Source: a virus
Virus record (IMG/VR): IMGVR_UViG_3300033571_022960
Span: 69,436 to 133,435 of that record
Strand: one strand, 5' to 3'
DNA: 64,000 nt
Shown: one piece after another, positions 49,257 through 57,791 of the stretch
Layout of the letters: every line of letters begins with the position of its first letter
Position numbering within the stretch: the stretch's first letter is position 1
The notes under the pieces: generated by a model
Database searches by the model: none
What the model was told of the DNA's origin: nothing
The model's input: the letters and a program-made list of their open reading frames with translations, nothing else
Position numbers and translations under genes: made by a program

Positions 49257-49766
49257 TTATTTTGTTAAGGAATTGTTAAGATTTTCGATTTCTCTAACCA
49301 CATCGGAAAATCTATTATTTCCATTACTACCATCAATTAAAATTTTTAATAATGGTTTAAATTCCTCAACTATATTTGGATTTTCACGTTTTGAAAATGA
49401 AATATCAATAACAACTGTTTGATACATCAAAAGAAAAATTTCTTTAATTTGTTCTTGAGTTAATTCAAATTTATCAAAATTTTCTGATATGAATTTTGAA
49501 CATCTTAATATATCCTTTGTTGAACGAAAATTCATTCCATGAGTTTTAACAAATCCGTTTTCATTTGTCATCCACATAAAATTGTTATAGGTGGAATTTT
49601 TTGGTGAATTTAATCTACCATTTTTGGGGTTAATGGATTGAAATACGGAACGGAAACCTTTTTTTGGTTTGAACTCAATTGAAAACGTTACAGATGTTCT
49701 TAATCTTCCGTAAGGATAATTTTCAACTGTTTGTGTTTTATTTACTGATACAATATTCATAATCAT
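49257..49766 (-). CDS. Hypothetical protein
   Basis: 169 aa; NYPYG.LRT...NPK.GRLNSPK.STY; promoter box 49782-49789. Confidence 0.7.
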   Translation of the reverse strand: MIMNIVSVNKTQTVENYPYGRLRTSVTFSIEFKPKKGFRSVFQSINPKNGRLNSPKNSTYNNFMWMTNENGFVKTHGMNFRSTKDILRCSKFISENFDKFELTQEQIKEIFLLMYQTVVIDISFSKRENPNIVEEFKPLLKILIDGSNGNNRFSDVVREIENLNNSLTK

Positions 49767-49831
49767 TTTGTTTTGTTACCACAAAGATATAAAACCAAAA
49801 CCGAATTTCCAAATAAGTTCGCATTATCTAA

Positions 49832-49861
49832 ATGTTAAGAATTTTATTTTTTTCTTAACAT
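49832..49861. promoter_or_regulatory. Palindromic operator-like site
   Basis: ATGTTAAGAA-N10-TTCTTAACAT. Confidence 0.55.
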
Positions 49862-49994
49862 AGAATTAACACAAAAAATTTGGTGGTATCATCACATTTT
49901 TGTATCTTTACAGTAGTGATTGAATGATGTGGATTCAATGACCTGTACGATGAAAATCTGACCGAGTATACTCCAACCTGCGCATTACTGTAAG

Positions 49995-50015
49995 TTATCC
50001 ACACAATGTTGATAA
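49995..50015. promoter_or_regulatory. Inverted DnaA-box pair
   Basis: TTATCCACA-N3-TGTTGATAA. Confidence 0.6.
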
Positions 50016-50248
50016 CTCGATTTGGAAAATTCAGATTTTTTTATTAATGAAACTCTGCTCACTTTTTTAAACAATTTTTTGTATTTTCGTATCCTGATGA
50101 AAAACTAAAAATTAAACCTTTACAAATATATTTTATTTATAATACATCAAAAAATGTATTGTGGGAGTATTCTATGTGTTTTAAAAAATATATGATATAA
50201 TTCTAATATATCGTATCCAATATATCATTTTTTCCATTCCATGCACAT

Positions 50249-50284
50249 AAAAAAATCCCATCAGAATACTCCAATGGGATTTTT
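50249..50284 (-). terminator. Intrinsic terminator
   Basis: AAAAATCCCAT-N12-ATGGGATTTTT with a longer U tract on the minus strand. Confidence 0.7.
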
Positions 50285-50600
50285 GTGGTTGATTGGGTGA
50301 ACTCAAACCCTTGTACTTCGGAAGAATTTCACCACCACTTTAGTTCCGTTTAACAGTTAATACTGCACGGATTGGTTAAATTTCCCACACCTTAAAATTG
50401 GCGGGGTTAAGTATCCAGATGATTGTTAGGTTGTTTACCATCTGGACCGAGCACCTGAACCTTTTGCGTGTTTACCTAACAACGTTAGTCAAGGTTCGGT
50501 TTGATACGGTCTCACATTTTTTGCGACCGATTAGTTTAATTAAATTCTTTTCATAGTTTTTAGGGTTTGGATTGTTAAAAAAAACGTTAATCATTTAATG
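50250..50600 (-). ncRNA. Candidate structured non-coding RNA (~350 nt)
   Basis: Promoter box 50606-50613, terminator 50249-50284, four or more GC-containing stems, no long ORF. Confidence 0.5.
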
Positions 50601-50848
50601 GAATACAAAGATAAACAATTTTTTCGGTATTTCTAATGCAATTTTCTTTATACCCCCCCCTAAAATCAGTTTTTCTCTTTGGATACCCCCTGGGGATACC
50701 ATGCAAAACTGAAATATTGATTTAAACCATATTTTAAAGAACTTTTATATTAAAGTGATATATTCACCTTATTTTAACAAAATCTCTTAAAATAACCCCA
50801 TTTCTGATTGAAATTTGATTATTCCCATACCCCCTTACCATTCGGAGG

Positions 50849-51052
50849 TTATTTGGATAATAATTTACTTAACATTACTGGTAATAATATTAAATAACCT
50901 AATGCAGAACCCAAAATTGTACCATAAATTTCAACTGAAACAAATAATGGTAACATTAGAATAATCCAAATCAAGAAACCAAAAATAGGTTTTTCTTGAT
51001 TAAGTCTATAATACCAAGACCAAAATCTTTTTTGTAGTTCAATTATTTTCAT
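50849..51052 (-). CDS. Small membrane protein
   Basis: Two hydrophobic segments. Confidence 0.55.
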   Translation of the reverse strand: MKIIELQKRFWSWYYRLNQEKPIFGFLIWIILMLPLFVSVEIYGTILGSALGYLILLPVMLSKLLSK

Positions 51053-52157
51053 AAAACAAATTTACAAAAAAAGAAATTAAAAATATAATGCAAAATACAT
51101 TAACCCCCAGATTTATCCACATATTATTTTCCATTGATGAAATTATTATGTATAATACACCATGATAAAGTGAATCCAATTCCTTTACACCAAAGGATTG
51201 TTTATTCAACCAATGAAGAAAATGAATCATTTCTTTCTTTAATAAAGATTTTATAGAATAACCATTGAATAAATAAAAACCCTGATACTGCAATTATTGG
51301 TGTCATACAACAAAGATAATAAAAAATTTCCTTAACTTTTTGGCAATAAAAATTCCACCAAAATACTCACAATTTTTTTTGAGCATAGTGGTAGTTCCGA
51401 TAACTTGACGTAGAATGTAGTATTTTCAATGGTTTCAGACGATTTGTTTCGATTTTGACCAAGAACACCATCCGATGTATGCAATCTTAAAAGTTCTGGG
51501 AACTTAAAAATCTACTTTAGAATTATCTTACTTTCCAAAGGAATTGTTTTAATCGGTATTCTTAACCGTTAGAGTTATTATGTTTATGCAAAACTCTTAA
51601 AACCATAACCAAACCCCTTATTTGGATTTTCCTTTTACAATGAAGGATAACATTGATTTTATTAGTGTTACAGTAAAAATCAAAATCTGCACTGAACCTT
51701 ATAATTCAGATTAACCTTATTTTTCGGGAGGTTTCTTAACCTAAGTGTGTTCGTAATTAACCCAATAAAACACACAACAAAGGGATAAGATTCAAAGTGT
51801 TCTTTTAGTTCTTATGGACATCCGTTGGAATTTATTAGACCTTTTCTTTACGGTAAATAATTTGTCAAATCTCCCCCAACAATAAATAAACATATCACCT
51901 GATACTCGTTTTTTTATCTTATAAGGAATAAGATTCAAAATATAAATATATTCATTTTGCATTTTTTTATTATGAAAAAAACTGTATTCTTAATTTTTGT
52001 GGTTTACTTCTCAATAATGGTTTTAATATTTGAATCTTTGAAGTAGATTGTGCAATACCTGAATTTTTAACGGAAATGGGGTTAATTTGAATTATTATTG
52101 ATGTGCAAGGTGTTTATATTAAACATTGATAAAAATGTCCCAGAATTGATTTAAAAC

Positions 52158-52190
52158 AAAAAATCCCCATATCTTTGAAAATATGAGGAT
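52158..52190 (-). terminator. Intrinsic terminator-like hairpin
   Basis: ATCCCCATAT-N8-ATATGAGGAT with a U tract on the minus strand. Confidence 0.55.
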
Positions 52191-52372
52191 AAATGTAAAT
52201 GCAGTACTGTGTGTACAGGCACTCTACATTGTTCAAACTAAAATTTTAATCAATCCCCTGTTTAACCAACGGTAATTAATTAATGAAATTAAATTGGACT
52301 ACCCAAAGTCATTCAACTCCAACCTACAACACGTAGTCGTGTTCTGGGTGAAATTCTTTGGGTAGTGGATTT

Positions 52373-52783
52373 TTATTGATTGATTAATGATGCAATCAAC
52401 TTTGTTTTTTCTTTAATTGATAATTTTTTGTTTTCCAAAGTTTTTAATGTTGTATGAACTTTATATTCATTTTCATCAAATACTTCTGAACCAGATTCTT
52501 CAAGATATTGAAGTTTATTTTGCAATTCAGTTCTTGAATCAACAAAGTTTTTTTCCAATTCTAAAAGTTCTTTTGTTATTTCTTCTTTTGTTTCTGATAT
52601 TTCTTTTACATTAATAGCATATACACCTGAAAGTATATGACCATTAGAAAACTCAACATCAAAGTTATTTTTAGTTCTAAAATAAATAATTTTACACTTT
52701 TGACCATCATATTTAGGATAATGAAGTCCATTGGAATTTGAAACAAATTTGTAGGTTTGACCTAATTTTACTTTTGTTGACAT
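52373..52783 (-). CDS. Hypothetical protein (start corrected to ATG52783)
   Basis: MSTKVKLGQTYKF...; the track's N-terminal extension runs through the tRNA. Confidence 0.75.
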   Translation of the reverse strand: MSTKVKLGQTYKFVSNSNGLHYPKYDGQKCKIIYFRTKNNFDVEFSNGHILSGVYAINVKEISETKEEITKELLELEKNFVDSRTELQNKLQYLEESGSEVFDENEYKVHTTLKTLENKKLSIKEKTKLIASLINQ

Positions 52784-52806
52784 ATATTTGGTTTTGATTT
52801 TCTTAG

Positions 52807-52880
<74 letters not shown>

Positions 52881-52886
52881 ATAAAT

Positions 52887-52998
52887 TGGTACCCCAGAGA
52901 AAAAATCGAATTTCTATCCATCTCGTGAAAGATGTGTCCTACATTGTTGTTTCCAACAAAGATGGTTTTTAAACCAATGCCACTTAGACGACTGGGGC
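52887..52998 (-). ncRNA. tRNA-Glu(TTC)-derived RNA 1 with D-loop insertion; CCA encoded
   Basis: Acceptor GCCCCAG/CTGGGGT, D stem GTCT/GGAC, CTTTCAC, TTCGA loop; ~38-nt two-hairpin insert. Confidence 0.75.
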
Positions 52999-53034
52999 AA
53001 GAATTTTGATAGTTTTATCTATCATTTTTTTTTG

Positions 53035-53150
53035 TACCAAAGTGGGAAGTCGAATCCCAACCTATCTCGTGAAAGATATGTCCTGTTATAATTACTTTGC
53101 AGTAATCAGGGAACATTCCATTCAAGGAACTCCAATTAGACGACTTTGGC
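53035..53150 (-). ncRNA. tRNA-Glu(TTC)-derived RNA 2 with D-loop insertion
   Basis: Acceptor GCCAAAG/CTTTGGT, D stem GTCT/GGAC, T arm TGGGA-TTCGACT-TCCCA; ~45-nt two-hairpin insert. Confidence 0.75.
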
Positions 53151-53164
53151 AATGTTCATGTATT

Positions 53165-53190
53165 GCTACAGAACGAGAGGGTTTGAACCT
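53165..53190 (-). pseudogene. 3' tRNA remnant (T-loop and acceptor 3' strand)
   Basis: AGGTTCAAACCCTCTCGTTCTGTAGCA with no 5' half found. Confidence 0.4.
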
Positions 53191-53241
53191 AAAGAAAAAA
53201 CAAATGACGTATAATTTAATTGTTTCTAAAGGTTTCAAATA

Positions 53242-53253
53242 TTTTCAAAGAAC
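53242..53253 (-). promoter_or_regulatory. rrn-type boxA-like element
   Basis: GTTCTTTGAAAA about 25 nt downstream of the tRNA-operon promoter. Confidence 0.55.
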
Positions 53254-53278
53254 TTTTTTCTTCATCATTTCAACAAAA

Positions 53279-53317
53279 CAAAGATAAGAAATTATTTTCG
53301 ATTTGTCAAATGCAATT
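53279..53317 (-). promoter_or_regulatory. Bacteroidota-type promoter of the tRNA operon
   Basis: AATTGCA-TTTGACA-N17-TATCTTTG on the minus strand. Confidence 0.8.
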
Positions 53318-53541
53318 TTGATGTTCTTTGAAATTTATTGAAAATTAACCTATTATTCTCAACTTTTCTTTTTAAATACTTAGTTTTAATACAGGTATGG
53401 GTAATTGGTGGTCTATGATAGTTATGTTGAATAAATCAAGGTCAACAACCCATAATTTTCGGTTTCAACGTGTAAGATAATAACCTTTTCACGTATTTCA
53501 ATAAATTTCACCATTTAAGGTATCAAAGAACTTCAATAAAA

Positions 53542-53580
53542 CAAAGATAATAATTAAATTTTACTTTGTCAAATGCAATT
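53542..53580 (-). promoter_or_regulatory. Second, tandem Bacteroidota-type promoter
   Basis: AATTGCA-TTTGACA-N17-TATCTTTG; boxA-like GTTCTTTGATA at 53521-53531. Confidence 0.75.
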
Positions 53581-53830
53581 TCAATTTTGCAGTGTATTTG
53601 TCAAGTGCAATTCGTGTGGAACACGTAAAATTCAGGGTGAAACCCTGCATAAAAAAAATTCACAATTTTTGCACTTTTTCAAAATCGAGATATTTATATA
53701 GAATGGGGTGTAATGTACCCTTTTTCCAGCTTTCCTCAAGAATCCAAATCAAAATTCAGGGGCTAAACCCAAACCTTTCATTGTCTTTCAGACCAATGCA
53801 AGGGTTTGATAAAAAGGATTAAATAATGGA

Positions 53831-54382
53831 TTATAAACAATCAGAAAGAAATTTACCAATATAATTTTGTTTAATCAAATCATCACATTCAATATATAAT
53901 CCATTTGTTTCCCATTTTTCCAAATCATTCTTTGAATAGTTAATTGGGAAATAATCACAACTTGCCTTTGATTCCTCAATTAACCAAACACATTTTTTAC
54001 CTTTTTCAATTTGAACCGTATGCAATTCACATGCCTTCATTAGTACTGTTTCCCCAGTAATATGTTTTTTGTTTGAAATCATTTTTAAACCTTGTTCCCC
54101 CAAATATTCAAACCCACCTTTACCATTCAAAATATGACTATTCCAAAGAAATTTCTTAAATACTTCCCCATCATTATCTAATTCATAAAGTGGATTAAAT
54201 AATTCACCCTCCAAAACAGTAATTTTTATGTCAACATGATGTGGGTGTATTGCTATTTCAAAAGGTTTCCACAAATTATGATTATAATCTGCATAAAAAA
54301 TACGTTTGTATAATCCACTTTCCGAAAAAGATAGTGGAAAGGAATGTAATCCTATACAATGGCAATTAATCAAATTTTTCAT
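53831..54382 (-). CDS. Hypothetical protein, possibly cupin-like
   Basis: His-rich AIHPHH and LHTV motifs. Confidence 0.65.
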   Translation of the reverse strand: MKNLINCHCIGLHSFPLSFSESGLYKRIFYADYNHNLWKPFEIAIHPHHVDIKITVLEGELFNPLYELDNDGEVFKKFLWNSHILNGKGGFEYLGEQGLKMISNKKHITGETVLMKACELHTVQIEKGKKCVWLIEESKASCDYFPINYSKNDLEKWETNGLYIECDDLIKQNYIGKFLSDCL

Positions 54383-54532
54383 TTTATATTGTTTTCATTT
54401 CCCAAATTCATCCTATGATTTTTTTGTAAATCTGTCGGTATTACCAAAGGTTTTTTGATTTAACAAAGATAATGAAAATTTTTATTAATTTTATGGGCAA
54501 CTTATTCCTTAATTCTATAAACCCCTTCAACC

Positions 54533-55447
54533 TTATAGTTTTGAATATTTTTTTATTGAATTTTTAATATCAATTGCTGCAGATTCCAAAGATTCCCTTG
54601 AAATATCTTTTATATACGTTGATGTGTAATATTGGTGCTCATTGGAAAATTCTGGATGAAATTTTAAAATAACCCCATAATTAAACCCATTAACCATATT
54701 ACCCCAATAAGAGTTATCAACATATAACAATCCCCTTGAACATTTGAGTGGTGAATTAAAACACCAACCATCAATTATCACACCACATTTTGATTTGAAC
54801 GGCAAAAGATGTTTAAATATATCCCTTTGATAACCTTTTATGAATTCCAATTCATTTGAATTAACCCTTCGCAAATCCAATTTCAAAATATGTTCAATAT
54901 CATCTTGAGAAACGTTATTATATATTGATTTGAATTTGTAGTTGTTTCTGAATTCAAAATCATCAATTTCCTTTTTGGTATAAGGTTTTTCATGTTCCGA
55001 AATAAACAAATATAAATAATTTTGGGTTGGTTGCGAGGAATAAAAACCATACCCCTTTTTATATAATCTTACATAATAATAACCATCTTTTAGGGGTTCA
55101 GGTTTTTTGCACCAATCATCATAACTTCCCTTAAACCTTAAATGATTAATTCCATCATATTCGGCAATCCCATCCTTAACCTCAACCACTACACTTTTAT
55201 AATATTTACAACCTTGTGATATATATGTTGAGAATCTTTTAAAGGAATCCTGATAATCCAAAACTTCCTTATAATTTCCCCAATCAATTTTTATATCGGG
55301 TGATTTGGCAAAAACAATTTTTTCGCCATTTGCCAGAATTTTATTTATTTTTTGGTGTGATATTCTTTCATCACCAAAAAAAACATAATGCTCTGATACC
55401 CTTGTTATTTCCTTGTTTTGTATCGAATCCCCAATACTATAAATCAT
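54533..55447 (-). CDS. Hypothetical protein
   Basis: 304-aa ORF. Confidence 0.75.
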   Translation of the reverse strand: MIYSIGDSIQNKEITRVSEHYVFFGDERISHQKINKILANGEKIVFAKSPDIKIDWGNYKEVLDYQDSFKRFSTYISQGCKYYKSVVVEVKDGIAEYDGINHLRFKGSYDDWCKKPEPLKDGYYYVRLYKKGYGFYSSQPTQNYLYLFISEHEKPYTKKEIDDFEFRNNYKFKSIYNNVSQDDIEHILKLDLRRVNSNELEFIKGYQRDIFKHLLPFKSKCGVIIDGWCFNSPLKCSRGLLYVDNSYWGNMVNGFNYGVILKFHPEFSNEHQYYTSTYIKDISRESLESAAIDIKNSIKKYSKL

Positions 55448-55450
55448 TTT

Positions 55451-56047
55451 TCAAAAATTTAAAAATCGTTTTTTTAAAATTATCATATCATCATCATATA
55501 ATTTCACAAATATATCTTGTGGTAACAACACCTTCAAATATAAGGTATAATGGTCATCCTTTTCCTTATTTTGATTGTAATGTGGTATTTCCATAACTTC
55601 GGATTGAATTATATATTCCCTTTTTAATTTATTTAATATTTCTTCACATTCCTTTTTTGTTGTTTCAATATCCTCATATATTTGGAAAAATACTTCATCA
55701 ATGATAATAACCGAAGTGAGAGGTTTTCCGTTTGAATCCTCCAATTTTCCATCATAACCACCACCAATATAAATTAATGATTCAAAATCCGAAAAATTTA
55801 ATATTTCTTTTATGGTTATTTTATATGGGCATTCCTTAAATACTCTATAATGTTCTGACCAATGGTTTTGTCTTAAAAAATCTTTGCCTTCATTGTTAAT
55901 GGGGTATAATTTTTTTTCTTCTTTTGAGAAAAATTGATAGTGCGATAATTTCCCATTTCTTTTTATAAATTCACACCAAATACCATTACCATAATCAACC
56001 GTTGTGGTTTCTTCTTTGGTTATCTTTGTTTTTGTGGTTATTTTCAT
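55451..56047 (-). CDS. Hypothetical protein
   Basis: 198-aa ORF. Confidence 0.7.
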   Translation of the reverse strand: MKITTKTKITKEETTTVDYGNGIWCEFIKRNGKLSHYQFFSKEEKKLYPINNEGKDFLRQNHWSEHYRVFKECPYKITIKEILNFSDFESLIYIGGGYDGKLEDSNGKPLTSVIIIDEVFFQIYEDIETTKKECEEILNKLKREYIIQSEVMEIPHYNQNKEKDDHYTLYLKVLLPQDIFVKLYDDDMIILKKRFLNF

Positions 56048-56053
56048 TGTAGA

Positions 56054-56608
56054 TTAAAATTCAAATAATTTCTCCAAATAATCAAACATTTCCTTATATT
56101 CATCTGAATAAAGAATTGGTTTAATTTTTTTGTGATATTCTTCCCTATATTTATCAAACATTAATGAATTGGTTAATAAGGAATGTTTTACATTCGCAAT
56201 TAAATCACAAAGTTTAACAAATACCGCAAGATTTAGTGTTTTTAATTCACCATACCATTTTTCAGATTTTCTTTCATCTCTGTTTCTTCCTTTATCTTCC
56301 GTACAAAGATATATTATCTCTGCAACTGTATCACCATACATTTTTTTAATATCATTATAGGTTAATCTACAATCCTCAATTGAATCATGACCGTATATGG
56401 CAATTAATACCAAATCACGCAATCTTGTCTTATCAAATGAATTGTCAGGTCTTGCCTTAACATCTGGAATTAAATGTTTAAATCTTTCGTATTGATGTTC
56501 AACCATTTCAAGGTGGAAAGAATATGGAAGATTTCCATATTTTTGATTGCATTCAACATCATGTAAATTAAAGAAAAATATTTTTGCTTCTGTAACTGTC
56601 ATAATCAT
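56054..56608 (-). CDS. HD-domain hydrolase, SpoT/Mesh1-like
   Basis: H..QKYG.LPY.FHL..V, GHDSIED, VKLCD.IAN. Confidence 0.8.
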   Translation of the reverse strand: MIMTVTEAKIFFFNLHDVECNQKYGNLPYSFHLEMVEHQYERFKHLIPDVKARPDNSFDKTRLRDLVLIAIYGHDSIEDCRLTYNDIKKMYGDTVAEIIYLCTEDKGRNRDERKSEKWYGELKTLNLAVFVKLCDLIANVKHSLLTNSLMFDKYREEYHKKIKPILYSDEYKEMFDYLEKLFEF

Positions 56609-56650
56609 AGTTCAATTTTTTTGTTACAACAAAGATAATAAATAAATTCA

Positions 56651-56986
56651 TTAATTTCTGTGCAATTCCTTAAATCTATTTTTAATTAATCTGTGTGCCT
56701 TTGTCCATCTAAAAACTATAATTTCACCTTTTGTTGTTGATATATAATATTTTGATAAATAAAATGGTTTGTAGTGTGATGTAATAAAACCATTTCTTAA
56801 AGATAAAATTGTTGTACAAATACTATTTAATCTTGATTGGTTTAAATCATTTTCTAATTGTGGCAAATCAATTTTTTTAATACTTCCTGCACTTATAAGA
56901 ATTAAAGAATCAATAATAAATGAAAGGATTAAAATGCCCAGAATATAATAAAATATTTTCAAAAAGATTGATAATTCTATAAACAT
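56651..56986 (-). CDS. Membrane-anchored hypothetical protein
   Basis: N-terminal hydrophobic helix. Confidence 0.6.
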   Translation of the reverse strand: MFIELSIFLKIFYYILGILILSFIIDSLILISAGSIKKIDLPQLENDLNQSRLNSICTTILSLRNGFITSHYKPFYLSKYYISTTKGEIIVFRWTKAHRLIKNRFKELHRN

Positions 56987-57182
56987 TTTATTTCCCTTAA
57001 AGTTTGAAGTGAAAGTAAATCACCATTTTCATAAATTTTTTTTAATTCATATAAATGGTGTTCTTGATTTAAGATTTCGATTTGTTCTGGGGTTAATTCC
57101 CCTTTTTTCTCTTTCTTTTTAACCGATTTTTCAGACATGTTTCATTATGTTTTTTGATGTTTTTACCATAATGGTAATTATT

Positions 57183-57446
57183 TTATAACAAAGATAATAT
57201 AAAATTTGATACCCAGTATCCGCAAATAACACCAAAACTTCCACCCAAAGAATAAGTGAATCTTTCCTTTAATGTTCCAAAAACAACGGTTTTAACATTT
57301 CCTGACCAAATAAATGATATTACAAAACCTGTTATAAACATCAGAAAAATCATGTTATTTGTTATAAAAACAATATTCATACAAGTAAAGAACACTTGTA
57401 AAAATGCCATTATAAATAACTTTAACTGCTCAATTTCAAATTTCAT
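57183..57446 (-). CDS. Small multi-pass membrane protein
   Basis: Three hydrophobic segments. Confidence 0.65.
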   Translation of the reverse strand: MKFEIEQLKLFIMAFLQVFFTCMNIVFITNNMIFLMFITGFVISFIWSGNVKTVVFGTLKERFTYSLGGSFGVICGYWVSNFILSLL

Positions 57447-57768
57447 ATTCTTCTTCTATCATTTGGTCTATACGTTCTTCCATTTCATTTTGATAAGTTT
57501 CTTTTCTAACATTAATTAATTTGCAAAATAAAATTTGAGTTAAGTCAAACATCCCTGAAAACCAATTGGTTAACTCACCTTTTTCGGTAATTTCTCCCCT
57601 TAATATATCACCATTATTTGTTTCAAAAGTATAATAATAACCCTTTAGTTTTTGTTCTGCAATTTGAATTTGAATATCCATTATGGTATATTCATCAGCA
57701 GAACATAATAATTCACCATTGGGTTTATAAACAAAAACCTCGTTTCTTTTAAATTTTCTAATTATCAT
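57436..57768 (-). CDS. Hypothetical protein
   Basis: 110-aa ORF. Confidence 0.7.
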   Translation of the reverse strand: MIIRKFKRNEVFVYKPNGELLCSADEYTIMDIQIQIAEQKLKGYYYTFETNNGDILRGEITEKGELTNWFSGMFDLTQILFCKLINVRKETYQNEMEERIDQMIEEEYEI

Positions 57769-57791
57769 ATTTTAAATTATGTAAAATCATA

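Noticed and set aside
50285-50312. tmRNA- or tRNA-like 3' end (GGGTTTGAGTTCACCCAATCAACCA on the minus strand)
   Set aside because: No matching 5' acceptor strand or tag ORF; the segment is better explained by the nested stems of the candidate ncRNA
50340-50400. Group I intron P/Q-like segment (GGGAAAT...AATCCGTGCAG, minus strand)
   Set aside because: No P7 (R/S) elements and no interrupted host gene
51039-51293. Track ORF 51039-51293 as a confident CDS
   Set aside because: TTG start; the promoter 4 nt upstream of ATG51306 instead points to a 34-aa ORF in another frame (MTPIIAVSGFLFIQW...), so the frame is unresolved
52347-52358. 12-mer GGTGAAATTCTT shared with the minus strand near 50322-50333
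   Set aside because: Single short match on opposite strands; chance cannot be excluded
52920-52935. Reading the 6-nt loop TTCACG as a UCA (Sec/opal suppressor) anticodon
   Set aside because: The rest of the body is tRNA-Glu-like, there is no long variable arm, and no TGA-interrupted genes were found; not formally excluded
53006-53287. Plus-strand ORF of 93 aa
   Set aside because: Antisense to the tRNA-like RNA, boxA and promoter; TTG start; no supporting signals
53592-53822. Plus-strand ORF of 76 aa
   Set aside because: TTG start in a promoter-rich intergenic region, opposite to the local gene direction
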